DNA from: an uncultured Actinomycetota bacterium
GTDB taxonomy: Bacteria; Actinomycetota; Actinomycetes; Propionibacteriales; Nocardioidaceae
Direction of reading: 5' to 3'
DNA length: 64,000 bases
NCBI GenBank assembly: GCA_963708945.1
Contig: CAVPUI010000011.1
Span: 87,281-151,280 of the forward strand
In this document: positions 39,104 through 48,968 of the stretch, one piece after another
Numbering within the stretch: the first letter of the stretch is position 1
Layout of the letters: every line of letters starts with the position of its first letter
Notes under the pieces: model-generated
The model's database searches: none
The model's input: the letters and a program-made list of their open reading frames with translations, nothing else
Told to the model about the DNA's origin: nothing
Made by a program: the position numbers and the translations under genes

Positions 39104-40385
39104 CTACAGCGAGCTGACCGCCCCGACCGCCGTCGGGGAGAACCCCGGGAAGGTCTGGGCGGGCGAGGCGCCCAGCCGAGCCGCCGCGACCTCGGCGAGC
39201 ACCGAGCGGTAGTCGGTGGTGACCAGCAGGTCGCCGTCGCTGGTGTCGGTCAGGCCGGGCCAGTGGCCGTGGTAGCCGCCGATCGACGCCGGCGCCGAGG
39301 AGCAGCATCACGTTGCCGTGCCCGTGGTCGAGCCCGTAGTTGGCGTTCTCCCGGGTGCGCCGGCCGAACTCCGAGATCGTCACCACCGTCACCCGGTCGG
39401 CCAGCGGACCGAGGTCGGTGAAGAACGCCGCGAGCGCCTGGGCGAAGTCGCCTGCCATCTTCTGCATCGAGCCCCACTCCAGGGTGCCCAGGTCGCTGTG
39501 GTGGTCCCAGTCGCCGTGGTCGACGGTGAAGACCTCCGCACCGACGTCGCCGCGGATCGTCCGGGCCACCCCGGCCAGCGCCGAGGCCAGATCGCCCCGG
39601 GGGTACGTCGCGCCGTGCTGCGCCTGCTCGGGCACCGCGCGCACCGGGCCGAAGTCGGCCACCGCGGCCATCGCCGACCGGGCGCTCGCGCCCAGCGGCC
39701 CGTCCACGCCGCCCCACATCGTCTGCAGCGACCGCCGCCGCCGCGGCCCCTGGTCGCCGTCGGCGCCGGCGAGCGCCATCGACTTCACGTCGCGGTACGC
39801 CGAGGTGGCGCGAGCGCCGTACAGGGACGCGGGAGGGGTGGAGGTGCCCACGCCGACCGCGCGCAACGGGTGGTCGTAGGCGTCGCGAGCGATCAGCCGG
39901 TTGAGCCAGCCGACCCGCTCCCGCGACCCGGGGTCGGCGTCCTCGACCGCCTCCATCGCGGCGAAGTGCGAGCGGTTGGGCACCGCCAGGCCGGTGGCGT
40001 GCACGCTGGCCATCCGTCCCGCCTCCCACAGCGGGAGCAGCGGCGCCAGGTTGGGGTGCAGCCCGAAGAAGCCGTCCTTGGCCAGCAGCCGCTCCGCGGG
40101 GATGCCGATCCGCGGGCGGGCCGCGTAGTAGGTGGGGTCGCCGTGCGGCACGACCAGGCTCATCCCGTCGACCGCTCCGCGCATCGAGAGCACCACCAGC
40201 ACCCGGCCCGCCGGGCGCACGGCGGCGAAGGCCGGCGGCGCGAAGCTGGTGGAGACCACCGCCGAGCCGAAGACGCTCGTGGTGGACAGGGCCGCCGCGG
40301 CGCCGGCCGCCCGCAGCAGTCCCCGGCGGGAGATCCCCGCGGCGGCGTACTCGGCGCAGCAGCTGCGGGGTTCGGCGGCAGTCAT
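39104..40385 (-). CDS. DUF1501 family Tat-secreted protein (frameshift near 39285)
   Basis: ISRRGLL Tat signal, RGAVDGMS, RSHF, WDHH, SEFGR, DHGHG, TDYRSV. Confidence 0.85.
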
Positions 40386-40393
40386 GGCGGGCC

Positions 40394-41989
40394 TCATCGG
40401 GTCAGGTGGAACGGGGAGTCGAGGAAGACGGTGAGCAGGTGCGGCATCTGCCACTTCACCAGCGGGTGGTCCTTGTCGATGCGGGTGCGCTGCTTCAGCC
40501 CGGTGGCCTGGCAGGCGGCCCGGTGCAGGCTGCGCGGCGCCGACCGGCCGAGCAGCTCCTCGCTGAGGTGGTCGACCAGGTCGTCGAACCGGATCGTGCG
40601 CCGCTTGCGGGTCAGCGGCACCCAGGCGCGGTGCGGCCGGTACTTGACGTCCTGCTTGGGCCACCAGCCGCCGGCCAGGTTGAGGTGCACGCGCAGCGAG
40701 GCCAGGAACCGGGAGGTGGACGACCAGGCCGCCGCGTGGTCGGGCAGCCCGTCCGGTCGCGGCCAGGCGAACGGGTAGGTGCCCAGGTCGCCGGCCTGCC
40801 ACAGGATCGCGTTGGCCGCCGCCTCGGGGCCGGTCGGCCGGCGCAGCTGCACCCGCAGCGCCCGGTAGGTGGCCACCAGGTCGTCGGGCGCGGTGCGCAC
40901 CTTGGCGCCCCGCGAGGCCGCGAACTCCTGGTCGGCGATCAGTGCCCGGAGCACCGGGACGACGGCGGTGTCGGCGTCGAGGTAGACCCGGGCCAGCTTG
41001 GCCACGAGCCGCTCCGACGGCTCGTCGGAGACGAACCGGACGGCGATCCTGCGGGCCACGGTGCGCGCGGTCTGCGGGTGCCGGGCCAGGTGGTCGAGGT
41101 AGGCCCGCAGCACCGGCTGGCCGTCGGCGGAGCCGTTGGCGTGGGCGAAGCCCGCGACCGAGACCGGTCCGGTGGCGTGCGACTCGGGGTCGTACCAGAC
41201 CCGCCAGGTCTTCCAGGTGTCCACGCGCAGGCCGGTGAGGATCCGTGCGGAGTCCCGCACGTCGGCCTCGGAGTAGTGGCCCGCCCCGAGGGTGAAGAGC
41301 TCCAGCAGCTCGCGCCCCAGGTTCTCGTTGGGCGCCCGCTTGGTGGAGACCGCGTTGTCCAGGTGCACCCCCATCGCGGGATGGGTGACCGCGACGCGGA
41401 GCAGGTCGGCGTACCGGCCCAGCGCGTGCGAGCGCACCGCCTTGCCGTACGACGCGCGGAACAGCGCCGCGCCCTCGCCGCGGGCCGGCACGTGCAGGTG
41501 GTTCTCCCAGAGCTCGGTCATCACCTCCAGCACCTGGCGGCGCGAGTGGATGCGCCGCGCCAGCACCCAGCGCTGGTAGTTGGCGTCGGCGTCCCACATC
41601 GACTCCACCCCGGCCTTGTCCCGCGCCCAGATCTGCTCGGGCGCGGCGTTGACCGAGGGCCACCAGGTCGCCGAGGTCTCGTAGAAGGTGTCGGGGTAGC
41701 CGCCGGTGACCTGCCGGTCGAACCACCGCTCGAACGTGCGGGCCCTCGTCACCTCGCGCGCCAGGTCGGGGGTCCAGCCGTAGCTGAACCGGGAGAGCGC
41801 GTGCAGGGTCGCGGCGGAGGAGGCGGTGCGCTTGCGGGCCTTCCCGCGCCTGGCCCGCCCCTTGCCGGACTTATTCTTCGGCCTGCCGGCGGCCTCGGCT
41901 GCGGCAGGCAGGGCGGTGAGCAGCGCCGTACCGGTCCCGACGGAGCCCGCCCGGAGCAGGGCGCGACGGGAGGAGACGGAGACGGCCAT
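40394..41989 (-). CDS. DUF1800 family protein
   Basis: SSRRALL, WENHLHV, HPAM...LDN, PNENLGRELLELFTLG, PRPDG. Confidence 0.88.
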   Translation of the reverse strand: MAVSVSSRRALLRAGSVGTGTALLTALPAAAEAAGRPKNKSGKGRARRGKARKRTASSAATLHALSRFSYGWTPDLAREVTRARTFERWFDRQVTGGYPDTFYETSATWWPSVNAAPEQIWARDKAGVESMWDADANYQRWVLARRIHSRRQVLEVMTELWENHLHVPARGEGAALFRASYGKAVRSHALGRYADLLRVAVTHPAMGVHLDNAVSTKRAPNENLGRELLELFTLGAGHYSEADVRDSARILTGLRVDTWKTWRVWYDPESHATGPVSVAGFAHANGSADGQPVLRAYLDHLARHPQTARTVARRIAVRFVSDEPSERLVAKLARVYLDADTAVVPVLRALIADQEFAASRGAKVRTAPDDLVATYRALRVQLRRPTGPEAAANAILWQAGDLGTYPFAWPRPDGLPDHAAAWSSTSRFLASLRVHLNLAGGWWPKQDVKYRPHRAWVPLTRKRRTIRFDDLVDHLSEELLGRSAPRSLHRAACQATGLKQRTRIDKDHPLVKWQMPHLLTVFLDSPFHLTR

Positions 41990-42235
41990 GTGCTCACTAT
42001 CGGCCATCACGGGGCCGGTCTGATGAGTTCCAGGATTCCCCGGATGTCGGACCGGGGGAGTAGTGTCCACGGCAGACGGCTCGTCAAGTCTTGCCTCGAC
42101 CGTCATGCGGGTGCTCGGTCATCCGCCCTCACGTCCAGTGAGGCACGCAGCAGCCCAGGTCGTACGCCGACCGTGCTGCCAGCCCCGCCAACCCGGCGGA
42201 AGCGCGTTGGTGAGACACCAACCGAAAGATCGCAC

Positions 42236-43740
42236 ATGAACTTCGCCGAACTCGGCGTGCCCTCGACCCTGTCCGCAGTGCTCGAGGCCCAAGGCATCAC
42301 CATCCCCACCCCGATCCAGGCCGCGACGCTGCCTGACTCGCTGGCCGGGCGCGACGTGCTCGGCCGCGGCCGCACCGGCTCGGGCAAGACCTACGCCTTC
42401 CTGGTGCCGCTGGTGGCCCGCCTCGACGCGAGCAAGCTGCCGGCGATGCCGCGCAAGCCGCGCGCGCTGATCATGGCCCCGACCCGCGAGCTGGTCACCC
42501 AGATCCGCGAGGCGCTGCTGCCGCTCGCCAAGGAGGCCGGTCTCTCCACGCTGACCGTCTTCGGCGGTGTCGGCCAGAACCCGCAGGTCACCGGCCTGAA
42601 GAAGGGCGTCGACATCGTCATCGCCTGCCCCGGTCGCCTCGAGGACCTGATGGGCCAGGGCTACTGCGACCTGTCCGCGGTCGAGGTCACCATCCTCGAC
42701 GAGGCCGACCACATGGCCGACCTGGGCTTCCTGCCCGGCGTCAAGCGGATCATGGACAAGACCCCGAAGCAGGGCCAGCGGCTGCTCTTCTCCGCCACCC
42801 TCGACAAGGCGATCGACGTCCTGGTCAAGCGGTACCTGAACAACCCGGTCACCCACCAGGCCGACTCGGCGCAGTCGCCGGTCTCCAAGATGTCGCACCA
42901 CGTGCTGCACGTGGGCCGCGACCAGCGGGTGCCGGTGCTGGTCGACCTGACCAGCGCGCCGGGCCGCACGGTGATCTTCACCCGCACCAAGCACGGCGCC
43001 AAGGCGCTGGCCCGCCAGCTCAACAGCAAGGGCGTGCCCGCCGTCGAGCTGCACGGCAACCTGTCGCAGAACGCGCGCACCCGGAACATGGACGCCTTCC
43101 ACTCCGGCAAGGCCTCCACCCTGGTGGCCACCGACGTCGCGGCCCGCGGCATCCACGTCGACGACGTGGCGCTGGTCGTGCACGCCGACCCGCCGGCCGA
43201 GCACAAGGCCTACCTGCACCGCTCGGGCCGCACCGCCCGCGCCGGCGCCGAGGGCACCGTGGTGACCCTGATGACCGACGAGCAGGTGCGCGACGTGCGC
43301 GACCTGACCCGGCTGGCCGGCATCAAGCCGACCACCACCAAGGTCACCACGCTGGGCCACCCGATCCTGGTCCAGCTGGCCCCGGGCGAGCGCACGCTGG
43401 TCGCCGGTGGCTACGCGCCGCCGGCCCCGGTGGGCGGCCGCAGCGCCGGCGAGTCCGGTCAGGCGCGCAGGGTGGCGGCGGTCGCAGCCGCTCGCCGTCG
43501 CTCCGGCGCCGGCGCCAAGCCCGGCGCCAAGACCGGCGCTCAGGGCGGCCAGTCCCGCGGTGGCCAGTCCCGGGCGCCGCCGTCGCGGCGGCAGGCTGCC
43601 GCGAGCGGCGCCGGCTCCTCGACCGGTGGTCAGCGGGCGCGCCAGGGTCGCGCGTGGCGGTGGCCGGCAGCGCCTCGGTCTACAGCACGTCGACCGGCGG
43701 GTCCTCGCACACCGCGGCCAGCTTCAGCGGACGCCGCTGA
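42236..43740 (+). CDS. DEAD-box RNA helicase (frameshifts in the Gly-rich tail)
   Basis: PTPIQ, TGSGKT, PTREL, DEAD, SAT, DVAARGI, HRSGRTARAG. Confidence 0.95.
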
Positions 43741-43753
43741 CCCCACGCACCAC

Positions 43754-43786
43754 GACGCCCCCGCACCCCTTGGGTGCGGGGGCGTC
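43754..43786 (+). terminator. Intrinsic terminator after the helicase
   Basis: 15-bp stem GACGCCCCCGCACCC / GGGTGCGGGGGCGTC with a CTT loop. Confidence 0.8.
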
Positions 43787-43859
43787 TCGTCCGGGCTCCG
43801 TGGCCCCTCGTAGAGTCGGGAGACATGGAGGCGGGAGCCCGGCCGGGGCCGAGGGGCGG

Positions 43860-44546
43860 GTGGCGACCTGGCTGCGCCGTGCCCTGTGGGACATGGTCCC
43901 GCGCGACCAGCGCGACAGCCCCGCAGCGCTTCGGCGCCGGCAGGTGGTGGTGTCGCTGGTGCTCGTGGTCGGTGCGGTCACCCTCGGGTGGTCGCTGCGG
44001 ATCGAGCCCGGTGACAGCCTCTTCTACGTCGCCACCTTCGCGCTGGCGGCGGTCTGGACCGTCGGCTCCTTCGCCTCGGGTCGCCTGCACCTGGGCCGGA
44101 TCGCCTTCGGGGACCGGCTGACCCGGCCGGTGCTCACCCCGCTGGTCATCGGCTTCGGCCTGGCCGGCGTCTTCGTGGCCGGGGCGCTCGTGGTGCGCCA
44201 GATCCCCTGGCTCGACGAGCAGGTGCGCTCGGTGCTCGACTTCGCCGACCAGGGCTCGGTGCCGCTGCTGGTGCTGATCACCACGGTCAACGGGATCGCC
44301 GAGGAGCTCTTCTTCCGGGGAGCGGCGTACGCCGCGGTGCCCCGGCACCCGGTGCTGTGGACGAGCCTGGCCTACCTGGTCGTCACCCTGGCCACCGGCA
44401 ACGTGATGCTCGCCTTCGCGGCCGCGCTGCTCGGCGTGCTGTGCGGCCTGGAGCGGCGAGCGTCGGGCGGCATCCTGGCGCCGATCCTCACCCACCTGAG
44501 CTGGTCGCTGACGATGCTGCTGGTGCTGCCGCTGGTCTTCGGCTGA
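43860..44546 (+). CDS. CPBP (CAAX/Abi) intramembrane metalloprotease
   Basis: IAEELFFRG, ILTH; multiple TM segments. Confidence 0.85.
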   Translation: MATWLRRALWDMVPRDQRDSPAALRRRQVVVSLVLVVGAVTLGWSLRIEPGDSLFYVATFALAAVWTVGSFASGRLHLGRIAFGDRLTRPVLTPLVIGFGLAGVFVAGALVVRQIPWLDEQVRSVLDFADQGSVPLLVLITTVNGIAEELFFRGAAYAAVPRHPVLWTSLAYLVVTLATGNVMLAFAAALLGVLCGLERRASGGILAPILTHLSWSLTMLLVLPLVFG

Positions 44547-44629
44547 CCGGATCAGGGACCAGGGGGTTTGGCGGGTCCGGGCCCGGGGCATCACGGCTGC
44601 AGCAGCAGGGGCCGACAGGACGGTGGGGG

Positions 44630-44959
44630 ATGGCGGGATACCAGGTCGTGCCGAGCGACATGAGCGCGGCGCAGGCGAAGGTGGCGGAGGCCGCCTCGAC
44701 CGTGCGCTCCCACGACTCCTCGGGTCACCTCTCCGGGGCCGCTCGGGCCCTCCCGGGGAGCACCTCCGCGACGCTGCTCGTCGAGCTCGGCACCAGCTGG
44801 GACGACGAGCTCGACGGCTGGGCGACCCGGGCGGAGGGGTTCGCCGACCGGATCGCGGCCGCGTCTGCCGACGCCCGGGCCGCCGACCAGCAGAGCGGCG
44901 GCCTGTTCGGTGGGCTCAACGGCTCGCTGGGCGCGCCGGCCCCGAAGCCGGGTGGCTGA
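44630..44959 (+). CDS. WXG100-like / type VII secretion target small protein
   Basis: 109 aa, Ala-rich helical; GYQVVPSDM...ALPGSTSA...W-x6-W pattern. Confidence 0.6.
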   Translation: MAGYQVVPSDMSAAQAKVAEAASTVRSHDSSGHLSGAARALPGSTSATLLVELGTSWDDELDGWATRAEGFADRIAAASADARAADQQSGGLFGGLNGSLGAPAPKPGG

Positions 44960-44960
44960 C

Positions 44961-46010
44961 ATGTACGTGTGGGGCGAGGTGCGACGGTGGCGCGCCGAGC
45001 CGCTCGGGGTGGCCGGCGACGGCCTCGCGGCCGACATCCGGGCGCTCGAGCGGGCCCGCGACGCCGTCGAGCAGGAGTCGGTCCCGGCGTCGTGGACGGG
45101 GTTCGCCCGGTTCATGGCGCAGGTCCAGCGCCAGGCGCTGCTGGCGGCCCTGGAGCGGCACCTCTCCGGCAAGCGGGGGATGCGACGCGGCCTGTACGAC
45201 GCCGAGCGCCAGGTCGCGGAGATCGAGCGACTGGTCCTCGACGTCGAGGGGCAGGCGCGGGCGGACCAGCTGACGGTGGCCCACGACGGCACGGTCTCCG
45301 ACGCCAGCACCCCGCCCACCGTGGAGACCCGCTGGGAGGCCGAGGAGTGGCGCTCCGTGCGGCAGGGGAAGATCCAGGCCGTCGTCGACGACATCTCGGC
45401 CATCCTGGTGCGCGCTGCCGCGGCGGACGCGACGATCGTCGACTCGATCCCGCCCGGCCACGTGACCGAGATCGACGAGTACGGTGCCGCCGACCCCGAC
45501 GTGGCCGCGCGGTGGGCCCAGCTCACCGACGCCGAGCGGCGGGCGGTGATCAGGCAGATGATCACCGAGCTCGCCGAGGAGAGCGGCCTCGAGATGCCCG
45601 AGATCGTCTGGGAGCCGGACACCTGGGGCCCCAACGGCTCGTGGGCCGACGGTGAGCCAGGCACCCTGCGGCTCAACGAGGGGCTGCTCGACGACCCCCG
45701 GATCCTGCACACGGTGGCGCACGAGGTCCGGCACGGTCGTCAGTACGAAGCGATCCGCGACGCCGACGACTGGCGGTGGCCGTGGCAGGACGACCCGTTC
45801 GACGAGCACCGCGACGACGGCATCACCGAGCAGCAGGCCAAGACGTGGAAGGACAACTTCGACGACTACCAGAGCACCAGCAACCCCGGCACCAGCTATG
45901 AGGACTACTTCACCCAACCGGTCGAGGACGACGCGCGCGACTCCGGGCGCGAGTTCCTCGACGGGCTGACCGAGGCGGAGCTCGAGCGGTACCGGCAGGA
46001 GGCCCGATGA
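44961..46010 (+). CDS. WXG-like N-terminal domain plus HEXXH zinc metallopeptidase (putative T7SS effector)
   Basis: VRRW...SWTG helical N-terminus; TVAHEVRHGRQ and YFTQPVEDDAR in the C-terminal domain. Confidence 0.7.
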   Translation: MYVWGEVRRWRAEPLGVAGDGLAADIRALERARDAVEQESVPASWTGFARFMAQVQRQALLAALERHLSGKRGMRRGLYDAERQVAEIERLVLDVEGQARADQLTVAHDGTVSDASTPPTVETRWEAEEWRSVRQGKIQAVVDDISAILVRAAAADATIVDSIPPGHVTEIDEYGAADPDVAARWAQLTDAERRAVIRQMITELAEESGLEMPEIVWEPDTWGPNGSWADGEPGTLRLNEGLLDDPRILHTVAHEVRHGRQYEAIRDADDWRWPWQDDPFDEHRDDGITEQQAKTWKDNFDDYQSTSNPGTSYEDYFTQPVEDDARDSGREFLDGLTEAELERYRQEAR

Positions 46011-46528
46011 GCAGCACCACCCTGGGCGACCTCGTCGCCCGCTACGTCGCCGACCCGACCCCGGACGCGCTGGCGCGGCTGCGGGCAGTCGTCCGGGGCT
46101 CCGCCGGCTTCCGGCCGGACCTCCTGGTCGAGCCGCTGGTCCGTCCGCTGCTGGACCGGGGTGCCTTCGACGAGGCGGTCGCCGTGCTCCAGGGTCTGAT
46201 GCCCGGGGCGATGCTCAGCCCGTCGGCGCACGGGGCGCTGGCCGAGGCCCTGCGCGGCGCCGGCCGGCCCGAGCAGGCGGAGCGTGAGGCGCGGATGGCC
46301 CGGCTCTCGGTGCGCAGCATCCTGTCGACCGGCGACGGCAGCCGGTCCCACCCCTGGTCGGTGCTGCGGGTCGGCGACGAGTTCGATCTGCTCCGCGCGC
46401 TGGGCCGCCGTCCCCGGAGCCAGTCCCTGGTCCCGGACGGCGAGCGCCGGCTCGACCGGCACGAGTGCGACGACGGCAGCGAGGCCTGGTTCGACGTCAC
46501 CGCGCTCGACCCGGAGGCCGGCGCATGA
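46007..46528 (+). CDS. DUF4919-like helical protein
   Basis: ILSTGDGSRSHPWSVLRVGDEFDLL...D...WFDVT; ATGA-coupled to the peptidase. Confidence 0.55.
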   Translation: MSSTTLGDLVARYVADPTPDALARLRAVVRGSAGFRPDLLVEPLVRPLLDRGAFDEAVAVLQGLMPGAMLSPSAHGALAEALRGAGRPEQAEREARMARLSVRSILSTGDGSRSHPWSVLRVGDEFDLLRALGRRPRSQSLVPDGERRLDRHECDDGSEAWFDVTALDPEAGA

Positions 46529-47571
46529 GGGCACGGGCCGTCCTCCTGCGGTCCTCGGTCGCCGGGCTCGTCCTGGCCTTGGCCTCGGCCGGCTGCTCCG
46601 ACGACGACCCCACGGCCACGCCGGGTCCGACGGCGTCGTCCGCGAGCGAGGCCTCGGAGCCCGGGGGCGAGCCCGGCGGGGACGTCTCCGGCGACCTGGT
46701 CCTGCCCGACGTCCTCTCGGTCAGCGAGGACGGCGACGAGGTGCTGGCCGACTGCTGGGAGGGCGTCTGCCGGTGGGCCACCGGCGACGGCAGCCTCACC
46801 GACGTCGCGCCGGGAAGCCACCTGGCGGTCAGCCCCGACTGGTCGCTCCGGGCGGGGGCGGACGGCGCGGTCGTGCTCGTGGTCGACAGCGAGACCGGGG
46901 AGACGGTGCGGGAGCTCGAGGGGCTCGCCGAGGTCGACGTCATGGCGTTCAGCCCGGACGGCTCCAGGCTCGCCGCCGCCGGGGACGGGCGGGTGGTCGT
47001 CTGGACGGTGGACGACGGCGAGGCGCTGGCCGGGTGGCCGGAGCCTGACGTCGCGGCGCTGGCGTTCAGCCCCGACGGCGACCGGCTGGCCTCCTCGGGC
47101 GCCGACGGCGTCCAGGTCCGCGCGCTCCCCTCGGGCAGCCGGGTGGCCGGCTGGACAGGCGACGCGTCCCCGGGGCTCGCCTGGAGCCCGGACGGCCGGT
47201 GGCTGGCCGGCGCGGGCGAGGACGCCACCCCGACCGTGTGGGACGCCCGCCGCGGGAAGCCGGCGGCGCGGCTGGACGGCGTACGGCTCGAGCAGGTCGC
47301 GTTCGGCCCGGACTCCCGGACCCTCGGGGTCACCGCCCAGGACGACACGGTCGCCCGGCTCTGGCGGCCCGCGCTCGAGGAAGGGGGGAGGCCGGGGCCC
47401 GACGACCCTCCGCGGGTCCGGGAGCTGGTCGGGCACCTCGCTCCGCCCGAGGCGGTGGTGTTCGCCCCCGACGGATCGCGGCTCTACACGGTCTCGGGGA
47501 GCGACGGGATCCTGGCCTGGGACGTCGCGAACGGCCAGGTCGCGCTCGAGATGCAGCGGCCGGAGCGGTGA
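46525..47571 (+). CDS. WD40/beta-propeller lipoprotein
   Basis: Lipobox LASAGC; repeated AFSPDG/WSPDG/FAPDG and VWD blades. Confidence 0.85.
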   Translation: MRARAVLLRSSVAGLVLALASAGCSDDDPTATPGPTASSASEASEPGGEPGGDVSGDLVLPDVLSVSEDGDEVLADCWEGVCRWATGDGSLTDVAPGSHLAVSPDWSLRAGADGAVVLVVDSETGETVRELEGLAEVDVMAFSPDGSRLAAAGDGRVVVWTVDDGEALAGWPEPDVAALAFSPDGDRLASSGADGVQVRALPSGSRVAGWTGDASPGLAWSPDGRWLAGAGEDATPTVWDARRGKPAARLDGVRLEQVAFGPDSRTLGVTAQDDTVARLWRPALEEGGRPGPDDPPRVRELVGHLAPPEAVVFAPDGSRLYTVSGSDGILAWDVANGQVALEMQRPER

Positions 47572-47587
47572 GGCTCCGGCGAGGACC

Positions 47588-48481
47588 TCAGCGCCCGGCC
47601 TCCTCCAGCGCGCGGCGGACCGCCTCCTCGTAGCTGGTCGGCTCGAACGGGACCAGGTCGCGGATCGAGGTGTCGGAGACGACCACCTCGGTGCCCATCG
47701 AGTCGATCAGGTTGCGGCCGGTGGTGGCGTCGATGTCGGTGACCAGGGCCAGCCAGTACGACGACAGCCGCGGCGTGAAGACCGGCACCGGCACGATCGG
47801 CCGGGCCTCGCCGAGCATCACCTCCGAGGCGACCTCGAGCATCCGGCGGTAGGTCAGCACCTCGGGCCCGCCGATCTCGAAGACCCGGTCCCTGGCCTCC
47901 TCGCGGCCCACGACCCCGACCAGGTAGCGGGTGACGTCGTCCAGCGCGATCGGCTGGGTGCGGGTCTCGGCCCACTTCGGCACCACCATCGCCGGCAGGT
48001 TCTTGACCAGCTGGCGGGTGATCTCCCAGGAGACGCCGCCGTGGCCGACCACGATCGCCGCGCGCAGCACCGTCACCGGCACCCCGCCCTCGCGCAGCAG
48101 CCGCTCGACCTCGCGCCGGCTGCGCAGGTGCGCGGAGAGCTCGCCGTCCTCGTCGCCCAGCCCGCCGAGGTAGACGATCTGGCTCACCCCCGCCTTGGCG
48201 GCCTGGGCGCCGAAGGTGCGGGCCGCGACGGCGTCCTCGTCCTCGAAGTCGTCGCGGTCGAGGGAGTGGACCAGGTAGACCGCCACGTCCACGCCCGCCA
48301 TCGCCTTCGCCAGGCTCTCGGCGTCGGTGACGTCGGCGCCGACCGGGGTGCCCGGGCCGTCGTACGTCTCCGGCCGCCGGGTCATCGCCCGGACGTCGTG
48401 CCCCTCCTCGAGCAGGGCCGGGACGAGCCGGCTGCCCACGAAGCCGGTGGCGCCTGTGACGAGGACGGTGCGCGAGGTCAT
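47588..48481 (-). CDS. NAD(P)-binding epimerase/dehydratase-like (atypical SDR)
   Basis: VTGATGFVG, YLVHSL, SAHLRSR, TQPIA. Confidence 0.85.
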   Translation of the reverse strand: MTSRTVLVTGATGFVGSRLVPALLEEGHDVRAMTRRPETYDGPGTPVGADVTDAESLAKAMAGVDVAVYLVHSLDRDDFEDEDAVAARTFGAQAAKAGVSQIVYLGGLGDEDGELSAHLRSRREVERLLREGGVPVTVLRAAIVVGHGGVSWEITRQLVKNLPAMVVPKWAETRTQPIALDDVTRYLVGVVGREEARDRVFEIGGPEVLTYRRMLEVASEVMLGEARPIVPVPVFTPRLSSYWLALVTDIDATTGRNLIDSMGTEVVVSDTSIRDLVPFEPTSYEEAVRRALEEAGR

Positions 48482-48515
48482 GGTGCCGACTCTAGGCAGG
48501 AGTAGGTTGGATGGT

Positions 48516-48944
48516 ATGAGCAGCGACTTTGTCCCGGGACCCCTTGACGAGGCGGAGGCGTGGGACTTCCTGCGCAGCCACGAGCTCGGCCGCCTCGCCT
48601 TCCACCTCGTCGACGAGGTGCACATCGCGCCGATCAACTACGCCGTCGACCACGGCACGCTGCTCTTCCGCACCGCGGAGGGCAGCAAGCTCCTCGGGGT
48701 GGTGATGAACTCCGACGTGGCCTTCGAGGTCGACGAGCACGACGAGCACACCGCGACCAGCGTGGTGATCCGCGGGGTCGCCCGCAAGCTCGAGGAGGAC
48801 GAGGAGCACCGCGCCGAGAACGTGCCGCTGCGCCCCTGGGTCGACTCGTTGAAGTACAACGTGGTCGAGGTCCGGCCGACCGAGATCAGCGGTCGCAGGT
48901 TCCACCTGGACCGGCCCTGGCTGCACATGCGCCCCGGCGCCTGA
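48516..48944 (+). CDS. Pyridoxamine 5'-phosphate oxidase family flavin-binding protein
   Basis: LGRLAF, PINYAVD, FRTAEGSKL, VAFEVD, ISGRRF. Confidence 0.85.
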   Translation: MSSDFVPGPLDEAEAWDFLRSHELGRLAFHLVDEVHIAPINYAVDHGTLLFRTAEGSKLLGVVMNSDVAFEVDEHDEHTATSVVIRGVARKLEEDEEHRAENVPLRPWVDSLKYNVVEVRPTEISGRRFHLDRPWLHMRPGA

Positions 48945-48968
48945 GCGCCCCGTTCACTCCAGCGCCGG

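Noticed and set aside
43860-44546. CPBP/Abi gene as phage defence or part of the effector cassette
   Set aside because: An ordinary CAAX-type membrane protease separated by 83 nt from the cassette; nothing in the sequence links it functionally.
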